Source of the DNA: Macrostomum lignano
Taxonomy: Eukaryota
Reading direction: 5' to 3'
NCBI GenBank assembly: GCA_002269645.1
Contig: NIVC01000019.1
Location: forward strand, 1-64,000
DNA: 64,000 nucleotides
Numbering within the stretch: position 1 is the stretch's first letter; every line of letters begins with the position of its first letter. Positions 52,619-64,000 of this stretch are shown here, piece by piece. The notes beneath the pieces are model-generated. The model saw nothing but the letters and a program-made list of their open reading frames with translations. It searched no databases and had not been told where the DNA came from. A program made the position numbers and the translations under genes.

Positions 52619-52997
52619 TAGCGCGCATCGCACTACTGATTCTGTCGGGGCTGTTAAGTAGTATAAAGCGAAACTCTTGTGTGTTTTTTGTAATTGAAGC
52701 TCGCTAAGGCAGATTCAAGATAAATTGTAGCCTGTATGCCAGCCTGCGTTTTGTTGGCTTCTTATTTTAGCATTTTCTGGCGTCTGTGGTGGAGAATAAG
52801 AAATAAATTAATGAAAAAATTCTTATCTCTATCCAGCGCCGCTCTAATTCGCCCGCTGCCTGATTGAGGCACGTCTTCTCAAGCTTCTTTAACTTCTTTT
52901 TGTCAGTAGAAATTTCTGGCCTTAAACCCTTTCTTGTATTTTAGTCTGCCAAGGTGCGTCTGCACTTCTTCTGTTTGAGCATTCAAACAGAGACGGA

Positions 52998-53970
52998 GAT
53001 CTGACACAGGGCTACGGCTAACTGACAGGGAGATCTGACACAGGGTTATGGCTAACTGACAGAGAGATCCGACACAGGGCTACGGCTAACTGACAAGGAG
53101 ATCTGACACAGGGCTACGGCTAACTGACAGGGAGATCTGACACAGGGTTATGGCTAACTGACAGGGAGATCTGACACAGGGCTACGGCTAACTGACAGGG
53201 AGATCTGACACAGGGTTATGGCTAACTGACAGGGAGATCTGACACAGGGCTACGGCTAACTGACAAGGAGATCTGACACAGGGCTACGGCTAACTGACAA
53301 GGAGATCTGACACAGGGCTACGGCTAACTGACAGGGAGATCTGACACAGGGCTACGGCTAACTGACAGGGAGATCTGACACAGGGTTATGGCTAACTGAC
53401 AGGGAGATCTGACACAGGGCTACGGCTAACTGACAAGGAGATCTGACACAGGGCTACGGCTAACTGACAAGGAGATCTGACACAGGGCTACGGCTAACTG
53501 ACAGGGAGATCTGACACAGGGCTACGGCTAACTGACAGGGAGATCTGACACAGGGTTATGGCTAACTGACAGAGAGATCTGACACAGGGCTACGGCTAAC
53601 TGACAGAGATCTGACACAGGGCTACGGCTAACTGACAAGGAGATCTGACACAGGGTTATGGCTAACTGACAGGGAGATCTGACACAGGGCTACGGCTAAC
53701 TGACATGGAGATCCGACACAGGGCTACGGCTAACTGACAAGAAGATCTGACACAGGGTTATGGCTAACTAACAGAGCGATTTGACACAGGGCTATGGCTA
53801 ATTGACAGAGATCTGACACAGGGCTATGGCTAACTGACAGATCTGACACAGGGCTATGGCTAACTGACAGGGAGAATCTCTATCTGACACAGGATAATGC
53901 TAAACTGACAGGAACCTCTATCTGACACAGGATAATGCTAAACTGACAGGAACCTCTATCTGACACAGGA
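52998..53970. repeat. 34-bp minisatellite (ATCTGACACAGGGCTACGGCTAACTGACAGGGAG)
   Basis: Period 34. Confidence 0.95.
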
Positions 53971-54374
53971 AACTGACGCAGACGGTTTCACCTCGGGGAA
54001 CATAAATTGCAACACCTTCTAAAAAGCGCAGGCAGCTGTTGCAGAATGTGCAGGGGATTTTCGCCCGGGGCAGGATTTTGTATGGCGACTGCGCAATCAG
54101 AAGACAATTTTTCAATTTGGTCGCGCGTTTTAAAAGTTGACCTTTCTGTTTAGTTGGATACTGTTAGTCGTGAACGTTTTCCCGTCTAGGTCCTGAGGTT
54201 GTTTTAGTGGGATTTGGAAAATCATTATAGGGAAATGCGCAGGACTCGTCTAAGCTCGTAATTGAACACTTTGAAAGCTGAATTTAGATTAATGTTTTAA
54301 GGACCCCTCAGCGACAGTTACTAGGCTTAAACTTTTCTACTTTTAAGTACATGTAGGATTCCCTGTGGACATGT

Positions 54375-54635
54375 AGTCTGGGAGTAGAGTTCAAGAGTAG
54401 ACAAGTGAGAGTAGAGTAGACAACTGGGAGTAGAGTTTGGGGTAGACAACTGGGAGTAGAGCTTGGGTAGACAAGTACATGTAGAAGTAGAGTTTGGGGT
54501 AGACAAGTACATGTAGAAGTAGAGTTTGGGGTAGACAACTGGGAGTAGAGCTTGGGTAGACAACTGGGAGTAGAGCTTGGGTAGACAAGTACGAGCGTAC
54601 ATTTAGGAGTAGAGTTTGGGGTAGACAAGTGGGTG
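54375..54635. repeat. Degenerate tandem repeat (GTAGACAACTGGGAGTAGAG core)
   Basis: Direct inspection. Confidence 0.85.
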
Positions 54636-55309
54636 TAGAGTTGGTTGGGCAGGTGAGAAAAATACAGAATAGTTATAAAGATCTATATCGTATCTGTTCC
54701 ATATATTCGATCTTTTAAAAGTGTTCTAACATGCACAGAGTGAAAGTTATTAATGGAAGCGTAATTGAAGTTCAAGTTGACTCACTTAGCTTCAAGCCAA
54801 GATAGTCAGCTGCAGTACTTTATTTACAACTCCAGGTAGATTGCAGGCGCAACTGATTTAACAATACTTCATTAAGATACTACTGGTGTACTGTTATACA
54901 AAAACAGGAAGCATACAGCTCTTTAAGGGGCAGGGAGAAATGGGACAAATACACGGTAAGAACAATTTAAGATCGGTGAAACAGGGGTTGGATTATAAAG
55001 TGCAGGAAAGGATTCAAGTGAAGCTCTCCGCATTCTGGGCCGCCCAGTTCGACTTCAAACTGGATCCGGGACAGCGCGCGGCGTTCAAATGGGCTCGAGT
55101 TTCGCGAGTTTGAGTGTGAGCATACTGGGGCCAGTGCTCTAAGACTCGATACAGATGGCTCAGTGTAATTATTATTACTACTAAGTTATTCTATGCTTTG
55201 ACAGTATAATTTGACGAATGAGTGGAAAGGAACCTGTCTAAGGATTGAGCAGATTATTGATGCACTTTGGTGATTGCTTGGTGTGATAAGTGAGCAAATT
55301 GGGAGTGGC

Positions 55310-56235
55310 GGTGTTGGGAGCCTAATTGCGGTGTTGGGAGCCTAATTGCGGTGTTGGGAGCCTAATTGCGGTGTTGGGAGCCTAATTGCAGTGTTGGGAG
55401 CCTGATTGCAGTGTTGGGAGCCTAATTGCAGTGTTGGGAGCCTGATTGCAGTGTTGGGAGCCTAATTACAGTGTTGGGAGCTTAATTACAGTGTTGGGAG
55501 CCTGATTGCAGTGTTGGGAGCCTAATTGCAGTGTTGGGAGCCTAATAACACGGTGTTGGGAGCCAGATTGCACGGTGTTGGGAGCCTAATAACACGGTGT
55601 TGGGAGCCAGATTGCACGGTGTTGGGAGCCAGATTGCATGGTGTTGGGAGCCTGATTGCACGGTGTTGGGAGCCAGATTGCACGGTGTTGGGAGCCTAAT
55701 AACACGGTGTTGGGAGCCAGATTGCACGGTGTTGGGAGCCTAATAACACGGTGTTGGGAGCCAGATTGCACGGTGTTGGGAGCCAGATTGCATGGTGTTG
55801 GGAGCCTGATTGCACGGTGTTGGGAGCCAGATTGCATGGTGTTGGGAGCCTGATTGCACGGTGTTGGGAGCCAGATTGCACGGTGTTGGGAGCCAGATTG
55901 CACGGTGTTGGGAGCCTAATTGCAGTGTTGGGAGCCTAATTGCAGTGTTGGGAGCCTAATTGCAGTGTTGGGAGCCTAATTACAGTGTTGGGAGCCTAAT
56001 TACACGGTGTTGGGAGCCTGATTGCACGGTGTTGGGAGCCAGATTGCACGGTGTTGGGAGCCAGATTGCACGGTGTTGGGAGCCTAATTGCAGTGTTGGG
56101 AGCCAGATTGCACGGTGTTGGGAGCCTAATTACACGGTGTTGGGAGCCAGATTGCATGGTGTTGGGAGCCAGATTGCACGGTATTGGGAGCCAGATTGCA
56201 CGGTGTTGGGAGCCAGATTGCACGGTGTTGGGAAC
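55310..56235. repeat. 20-22-bp minisatellite (GTGTTGGGAGCC core)
   Basis: Direct inspection. Confidence 0.95.
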
Positions 56236-56519
56236 TTGGTTTTTCGGGCCGAGAGCCGAGATTTCCACCGCAGGCACTGCAGTCCCATATTGTTGAGGTT
56301 TTCGAATTCAAACGATCTGTGCAATACCGGTGAATGCTCAAGTTTATCAGATGAGAACCGACTAAATCACCCAGGGTGCTGATTGTTGCTGTCTCTGAGT
56401 TTTGTCTCTGAGCAGAGGGTGGCAAGTGTCTGTTTGGAATGCAGTCAAGCTGAATCGTCTTGTCAGATTGTTGGTTAATGCCGCGTATGCAAACATGTGC
56501 TATTAATATTTTTGCGTAT

Positions 56520-56600
56520 TTAAACTTCGTTGGGAAAGGGCGGGGTGTACTTTACCGGAGGCTGCGGGTCGAAGCTCAGCTGCCTCCGAGATCGGAGCTC

Positions 56601-56639
<39 letters not shown>

Positions 56640-57569
56640 CTCCTTGTAGCGCTTCGGAGGCAACGGTGGCGGCACGCGGCCGCTGTGACCGGGCAGCCGC
56701 ACCACCAGACCGCCCGCCGTCTCCCCGTTCGGAACCGGAGTGTCAGTCGCCGGTCCTCCTTGTGCAGCCGAGAGTGAGCAGAGGTCGGTCTCAGCCAGGC
56801 CGGTAGCGCCGGGCGAGTCCAGGCTGAGCAGCAGCGGCTCCTGGTGCTGCCGGCGATGCTGCGCCTGCGGCAGCTCGCTGATCTTGAAGTCCTCCGTGCC
56901 GTCGTCCGTGTCGCAGCAGACGCGAGCGATGCAGCAGGCCAGCAGGACCAGCACGATGGCGCCGACGCCGCAGGCAATGAGGATGCCCTCGGTGGTGCGC
57001 AGGAAGGAGGCGAAGCTGGCGCCGAAGGAGACGCACTGGCAGCGCTCGCGCTCGCTGCTCGGCCCCGCGCACTGCTTGCCGTTGTTCCTGGGCCTCGGGC
57101 AGCTGCACAGGCGCCGCTTCTGGATGTACACCTCCGTCTCGTTCTTGGCCGCGTGCCGGCAGTAATAGTCGCAGCTGCTGTACACGATCCAGTAGCACCA
57201 CTGCCCGTCCAGCGGCGGGCAGCTGTCATTCGGGCACTGGTCGTCCGCGCCGCGCACCGGCTCCGGCTCCGGGTGGTCCGGGTGGTCGTTCATGCGGAAC
57301 GCCGTCGGCTGCCGGTAGTCGAACTCCAGCTGGCCTCCGCCGTCGCCGCCTTCGCAGCGGCGCCGTCGAGACCGGGTGGCCTGCGAGCAGTAGGTGACGA
57401 AGCGGCTCTCCTGCCGGTCCTGCACGATCACGCCGACGGTCTTGTTCTGCCAGTGGCAGCTCTGCTCGGGCATCGGCTGCCACCGGGTCCACTCGCAGGC
57501 CCTGGGGATGCCGGAGGCCGCCGCTGCCGCTGCCGCCACGGCCAGCGCAAGACCCACCAACTGCAGCAT
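56520..57569 (-). CDS. Intronless type I membrane protein with thrombospondin type-1 repeat(s), 349 aa
   Basis: Signal peptide MLQLVGLALAVAAAAAAA; TSP1 DGQWCYW..YSSCDYYC...KRRLCSCPRPRNNGKQCAGPSSERERC; TM segment GILIACGVGAIVLVLLACCIA; cytoplasmic PPPLPPK motif and polyQ. Confidence 0.85.
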
Positions 57570-58869
57570 TTGAACTTTTTAACCGAAATTCAAACCCGGA
57601 CGAGACCGAGCTTGGAGTTCTCTGAGGATGAAGAAATCAAATATATTTATTATTTTATTTCTCGTGAAGCTACTGGAAGTTTCCCGGTGCTTGGATTGCT
57701 TCAAGATAGCGGAAACGCTCTCTCTCCTAGCCGGCTCACGCGGTGGCTGTCTGCGACTTTGCCCGCGACTGTTTTCGCTCTGCTGCCACCACCCGTGAGA
57801 GCCTATGGCTGCCAGGCCGGCGCAGCGGGGGGCAGAGAGGGAATTAAAGTTGAAACTGTCGTCCCGTCCCACCGGCGGGTTCGGGCGCCCCTCCTCCTCT
57901 CCTCCCCTCACCCACCCGTCATGCAGTTCGTGGAGCCGGAGGACTTTATCCGGCCGGAGTCCCCCCGAGAGGCCAAATAAGTTTTCTATGAGCGCCACTC
58001 TCGGTCTGGGTTCGCCTGTTGGAGCTGCGTCACTCTTTCAACTGTTACTAATATGGATCCAGGCATGGGGCCCTGTGAAATACTCGTAATAACTTTCCTG
58101 CTGTAGTTTCATAATCTTGCTCAACTCTGCTTTTCCTGTGTCTCCCAGCGGTAATCCGCTACCCTCCCCTGTGTCTCTCAGCGGTAATCCGCTACCCTCC
58201 CCTGTGTCTCTTAGCGGATATTCGCTACCAGGGGCTTTAGTGCCAGCACCAGGGGCGCCAGCACCAGGGGCGCCAGCACCAGGGGCGCCAGCACCAGGGG
58301 CGCCTGCACGTGGCCCACATAGCCATGAGTGTTATTCAGCAGGCATCATCAGCCAACCTGCCTTTGTGACTTTCATTCCGAATAAAAAATGATAAAAGTC
58401 GCCAATCGAAGCGGACAAAAGCAAAGTCAACACCCACCACAGGCTTAGGATCGGATGAATTGAAATGCCTCCAGCTCCAGACGGGGAGTTGAGAGGGCAG
58501 CACTGGGGAATCTCTTGACATTTTCTCCGCTTCACCTCCTGACTGCCCAACCCCTCCTCTCTCGGCGAAGCCGCAGCTGCTGTCACTCGTCTGAAAGAAG
58601 CCACAGCATCTTCTGCTTGGCTTCAATGCCAAAAATTCGCCCAAATGTCACGCCAGCAGCCAGGCGGATCTTTCCTTCTCAGCCAAGCTTTTTTGTTTAA
58701 GCGTTTTTTTGCTCCACGCAGCTGACAAAGGATGGAGTGGAGAAGCTGCGCGCTGAACTGCTGTCGAACACGAGTACTTTTCTTCAGTTAAATGAACTTT
58801 GTTTTTTGTGAATTTTAACTCCGCGATTTCTAACTGATGTGCAATTTTTTGCAGCCTTAAACCTGGGAC

Positions 58870-59217
58870 TATGGCGCCCCTTTCCTATTCGATGGCGCCC
58901 CTTTCCTATTCGATGGCGCCCCTTTCCTATTCGATGGCGCCCCTTTCCTTTCCGATGGCGCCCCTTTCCTATCCGATGGCGCCCCTTTCCTATCCGATGG
59001 CGCCCCTTTCCTATCCGATGGCGCCCCTTTCCTATCCGATGGCGCCCCTCCCCTATCCGATGGCGCCCCTTTCCTATCCGATGGCGCCCCTTTCCTATCC
59101 GATGGCGCCCCTCCCCTATCCGATGGCGCCCCTTTCCTATCCGATGGCGCCCCTCCCCTATCCGATGGCGCTCCTCCTCTATCCGAGGGCGCCCCTCCTC
59201 TATCCGATGGCGCTCCT
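58870..59217. repeat. 21-bp minisatellite (CCTATCCGATGGCGCCCCTTT)
   Basis: 7-aa periodic pseudo-ORFs. Confidence 0.95.
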
Positions 59218-60169
59218 TATCAGAGCCAACGCGACCAGTGTAAAAAAGCAGCAAGCCAGTCTTCCCAGCGCAATTACAGTCACAACAAGTAGCTCAGACT
59301 ATTTATTTCTCTGTTTTAGTAAAGAAATATTAATCATAGCATTTGCCGGCAGCAGAAGCCGCCAATAAAAAATAGCTGCACGCAGTAGCGCAGAGCTGGT
59401 GAGCAATGGCAGGGTGAATGAGACAGTCAGCCGAACCGACAGTGCGCCAGCACCAGTTTTTCCCCAATAGCTGCTCAAATGCTTAGAGAAGGAGCTGCTC
59501 CCGCAGTATTCTTACAGCCATTCGTTCCCCCTTCCCCCAAGGCTGTGGGGTTTTTGCGGACCGACAAGTCAAAACTGCGCCCAACCGCTTTTTGTTCTTC
59601 TGCACAAGGAGACCCGGGAGCAGCAACTCCTCCCAGAACTCCCTGCTAGTTGGCACTCCAGGTCCCAGCTCTGGGCCTCCTTGTTTTATCTGTCCTCCCC
59701 TTTGCAAGCTTACTGCAGTTCTGCTGCTGTGTCAGAGTGGATATTGCGGGATATTGTGCGTGTGCATGTGGCTGTTGGGACACGGCTGACTAAATAACTT
59801 TCGGCAGGAACGCCAGCGGCAGCCGGTATAGAATTGTATTGCGCTAAGTCGCGCACGGTTCCGCCCGTCAAGAGCCGCTGTCTCTGCCTGTCTTTTGTTC
59901 TGTTTCCAGCGTGTTGCTAACCTGCTTATGCTGTGAGAGAAGTGAATCCCCCCTCCCCCGGTGGAGGGGAGCGGGATCTGATTTGATCGGAGCAGCGCTT
60001 GGTTGCCAAGTTCTTTGGGAAAACTGTTGAAATACCTGAGTAAATTGTTTGGCCAGAATAAATATAAAAAATTTATTTTAACCTCATTTCACCTTTAAGG
60101 GTTTCTCCATCTCGCTATTCTGTCTGATCTTTCAAGCTCGTACCTACCTCTCGCCCCTACCTTCTCACT

Positions 60170-60990
60170 AACTCCCTCTCCTTAGTCTCCCCCCTCTACC
60201 CTCTCCCTAGTCTCCCCCTCTACCCTCTTCCTAGTCTCCCCCTCTACCCTCTCCCGAGTCTCACCCTCTACCCTCTCCCTGGTCTCCCCCTCTACCCTCT
60301 CCCTAGTCTCCCCCTCTACCCTCTCCCTAGTCTCCCCCTCTACCCTCTCCCTAGTCTCCCCCTCTACCCTCTCCCTGGTCTCCCCCTCTACCCTCTCCCT
60401 AGTCTCCCCCTCTACCCTCTCCTTGGTCTCCCCCTCTACCCTCTCCCTAGTCTCCCCCTCTACCCTCTCCCTAGTCTCCCTCTCTACCCTCTCCCTAGTC
60501 CCCCCTCTACCCTCTCCCTAGTCTCCCCCTCTACCCTCTCCCTAGTCCCCCCTCTACCCTCTCCCTAGTCTCCCCCTCTACCCTCTCCCTAGTCTCCCTC
60601 TCTACCCTCTCCCTAGTCTCCCCCTCTACCCTCTCCCTAGTCTCCCCCTCTACCCTCTCCCTAGTCTCCCCCTCTACTCTCTCTCTGGTCTCCCCCTCTA
60701 CCCTCTCCCTAGTCTCCCTCTCTACCCTCTCCCTAGTCTCCCCCTCTACCCTCTCCCTAGTCTCCCCCTCTACTCTCTCTCTGGTCTCCCCCTCTACCCT
60801 CTCCCTCTCTACCCTCTCCCTAGTCTCCCCCTCTACTCTCTCTCTGGTCTCCCCCTCTACCCTCTCCCTAGTCTCCCCCTCTACTCTCTCTCTGGTCTCC
60901 CCCTCTACCCTCCCTAGTCTCCCCTCTACCTGGTCTCCTCATCTACCCTCTCCCTGGTCTCCCCCTCTACCCTCTCCCTAGCCCCCCCCC
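60170..60990. repeat. 24-bp pyrimidine-rich minisatellite (CCCTAGTCTCCCCCTCTACCCTCT)
   Basis: Period 24. Confidence 0.95.
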
Positions 60991-61589
60991 CTACCTGCCT
61001 CCTACCAATCTCTCACCTCTTAACAAAGCAATAAATTCTACAGCACAAGCCAGCAGACTCCAGACAGACAAAATCCCTCTGTAACAGAGTAGGCAGGAAC
61101 ACTACTAGTACAAATGAACACCGATGACATCCCGGCCTATGCGTACCAAATAACCTGCACTCAACCCGAAGTTTTCTCTTTGTGAAGCCCAAATTACGTG
61201 CAGACCCCGCCTTGCAGGACAAATTCGAGAATTCCGACAACTCGGTGGGGTGGGGACTCGACTTTGAGCCGGACAGCCAAGCCCGGCCGCGCGGACTCGA
61301 GAATCATAAATAAAATATGCAAATTAGTCCGAGCAGCAACAGCCTCGCGCTCCCCCGAGAGAAGGGGAGAGGAAGCGGCGGGAGACCGATTGAGTCAGCA
61401 ATCGCTTTTGTTATTGTTCGCCCCTCATCTCCCGCCAGCTGCCCCTGACCCGCCTCTCATATTGCGACTCGTTCTCGGTTAGCTTTCACTTAGTAGCTGC
61501 TTCTCCCTGCCTGCGTGTTCACAGCGATGCGGTGCCCTGCCTTCGGCATCTGGTAGTGCGAAGAGAAAAGTCAGAGTCAGAAGGTGGGG

Positions 61590-62165
61590 TGAGAGTCAGA
61601 CAGATAGGGATGAGAGTCAGATAGAGAGGGATGAGAGTCAGATAGAGAGGGATGAGAGTCAGATAGATAGGGATGAGATTCAGATAGAGAGGGATGAGAG
61701 TCAGATAGAGAAGGATGAGAGTCAGATAGATAAGGATGAGAGTCAGACAGATAGGGATGAGAGTCAGATAGAGAGGGATGAGAGTCAGATAGAGAGGGAT
61801 GAGAGTCAGATAGAGAGGGATGAGAGTCAGATAGAGAGGGATGAGAGTCAGATGGAGAGGGATGAGAGTCAGATAGAGAGGGATGAGAGTCAGATAGAGA
61901 GGGATGAGAGTCAGATAGAGAGGGATGAGAGTCAGATAGAGAGGGATGAGAGTCAGATAGAGAGGGTTGAGAGTCGGACAGATAGGAATGAGAGTCAGAC
62001 AGATAGGGATGAGAGTCAGATAGAGAGGGATGAGAGTCAGATAGAGAGGGATGAGAGTCAGATAGAGAGGGATGAGAGTCAGATGGAGAGGGATGAGAGT
62101 CAGATAGAGAGGGATGAGAGTCAGATAGAGAGGGATGAGAGTCAGATAGAGAGGGATGAGAGTGA
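61590..62165. repeat. 21-bp minisatellite (GATGAGAGTCAGATAGAGAGG)
   Basis: 7-aa periodic pseudo-ORFs. Confidence 0.95.
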
Positions 62166-62750
62166 TATAAAGGCAGTATAAAGACTTCAGACTCTTCAGC
62201 CAATTCTCAGACGGCAACAGCTCAGCAGCTGACGGTCGAACTAATGCGAATTAGTGATGTTCAGAGAAACTGCAGTGTATTTGTTGTTACGCCATAAAAA
62301 TAAGTGGACGGATGGTTTTCAAAATTGAAAAAATCACAGCGGAATGAAGGCACTGGAGAAGCTGGTGAACAGTAATTACGGAATTAAATCCTCCAAGGAT
62401 AAAATTTGGATTATACAAAAGCCTGGCACTACTAATGAGAACAGCGGCTATTTCTAATAACAAATCTTTGGCTTTCTAATCGCAGATAGGTCGCGTCATC
62501 AGTGTAATTTTACAGGCAGGCAGGCTGTTACACAGAAATTTCGCTAATATCAATAAAACCGTAACGCACACGGATCAGAACTCTAAGAAACTATTAAGCA
62601 AAGCGCAGAGGTTATACGAGTATTCGTAAAAAAGCAAGCGGCAGAAGACAACGATTTAAAAAACAAAAAAAAGCTTTGAAAGAGATTTAACAACAGAGCT
62701 ACAAGGCGGAGTCGCGAGTGTAAATAACAAAGCACACCAGAGCCCGGCGC

Positions 62751-63336
62751 CTACCCGTGCAGCACCTGGCTGTTGATCCCGTAGATCACGTGACGTCGAC
62801 CTTCGTGAACGGCGTCGCGCAGGTCGTCAGGCCGGCCTGGAAACTCCGAATGGAACTGGCGTCTCAGCTGCGTGCGGTCGTAGCCTCTCTGCAAGTCGTG
62901 CAGCTCCGTCCTGTAGGGCGTCGTTGGCAACGGTTGCCATGGCGACGAAGCCTGCTGCTGCTTAGAGTCGCGCAGCTGCTCCTGGTCCAGGTAGACTGGC
63001 TCGGATCCGTAACCATAGGCAACCATCACATCCGTGTCGAAGTTGACACCTTTGGAAGACTTTGCTTGCTGCAGTGGCTGCTGCTTCTGGGCAGCAGGTG
63101 CAGCAGAAGAAGAAGCGTCGTGCAGTTCGTAGAGCCGCGGTCTGCCGGGCAGGTAGCCAACGGCGGGCCCGGGCAGGCCGAGGGTGTTCATCAGGCCTGC
63201 GCCGTCGCTGAAGCTCCAGGACGCGGAGGCGGCGGGCTCGTACTTCCTGCGCAGCCACGCGATGTCCGACCGGGCGTCCGTGTCGGCGATGGCGCCTGGC
63301 TGAGGGCTGCGCCGACTGTCAGACTCCACACGGCGT
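62751..63336 (-). CDS. Probable terminal coding exon of an unidentified gene whose upstream exons lie beyond the window
   Basis: Acceptor ATTCGCAG at 63337-63344 (minus strand); GC3-rich open frame ending ...FHSEFPGRPDDLRDAVHEGRRHVIYGINSQVLHG*. Confidence 0.6.
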
Positions 63337-63364
63337 CTGCGAATCGTTGGTGTGAGGCGAAGTT

Positions 63365-64000
63365 GATCATTCACTCACTGTGCTTGATCACTCACTCACT
63401 GATAATTCACTCACTGTGCTTGATCATTCACTCACTGGCCTTGATCATTCACTCACTGTGCTTGATCACTAACTCACTGGGCTTGATCACTCACTCACTG
63501 ATAATTCACTCACTGTGCTTGATCATTCACTCACTGTGCTTGATCACTCACTCACTGATAATTCACTCACTGTGCTTGATCATTCACTCACTGGCCTTGA
63601 TCATTCACTCACTGTGCTTGATCACTCACTCACTGGGCTTGATCACTCACTCACTGTGCTTGATCACTCACTCACTGGGCTTGATCATTCACTCACTGTG
63701 CTTGATCACTCACTCACTGTGCTTGATCACTCACTCACTGTGCTTGATCATTCACTCACTGTGCTTGATCACTCACTCACTGTGCTTGATCACTCACTCA
63801 CTGTGCTTGATCATTCACTCACTGTGCTTGATCACTCACTCACCGTGCTTGATCACTCACTCACTGGGCTTGATCACTCACTTACTGGGCTTGATCACTC
63901 ACTCACTGGGCTTGATCACTCACTCACTGGGCTTGATCACTCACTCACTGGGCTTGATCACTCACTCACTGGGCTTGATCACTCACTCACTGTGCTTGAT
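63365..64000. repeat. 21-bp minisatellite (CACTCACTCACTGTGCTTGAT), running off the window end
   Basis: Period 21. Confidence 0.95.

Noticed and set aside
57920-61320. Cryptic + strand spliced gene (MQFVEPEDF.., LTKDGVEKLRAELL.., DKFENSDNSVGW..)
   Set aside because: Exon-like fragments and acceptors exist, but I could not join them with valid donors and a continuous frame; RNA-seq is needed.

Overview
Eukaryotic (metazoan) genomic DNA. GC-rich, intron-poor genes, minisatellite-filled introns and acceptor-only 5' ends suggest a flatworm such as Macrostomum, but that is inference. The left half (1-31.5 kb) is a nested mobile-element zone. It holds a degraded LINE with a tRNA-SINE inserted in it and a decayed protein-primed family-B DNA polymerase gene (Polinton/Maverick type) whose three catalytic motifs are each split by a spliceosomal-type intron. 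It also holds a ~4 kb palindrome plus a third direct copy of a 1.6 kb unit that carries an unannotated two-exon, 48-aa secreted-peptide gene. Other elements there are a full-length CsRn1-like Ty3/Gypsy retrotransposon, a solo LTR, a 1.5 kb non-autonomous LTR element with apparently identical LTRs, and several TIR/MITE elements. The right half carries host genes: GTPBP10, SFI1 and MRPS28 in tandem on +, then an intronless TSP1 membrane-protein gene and a terminal exon on -. These are interleaved with many private minisatellites, including a 9.4 kb 26/28-bp array. All calls were made by eye from the sequence and ORF track; no database searches were run. Some frameshifts could be long-read homopolymer errors.
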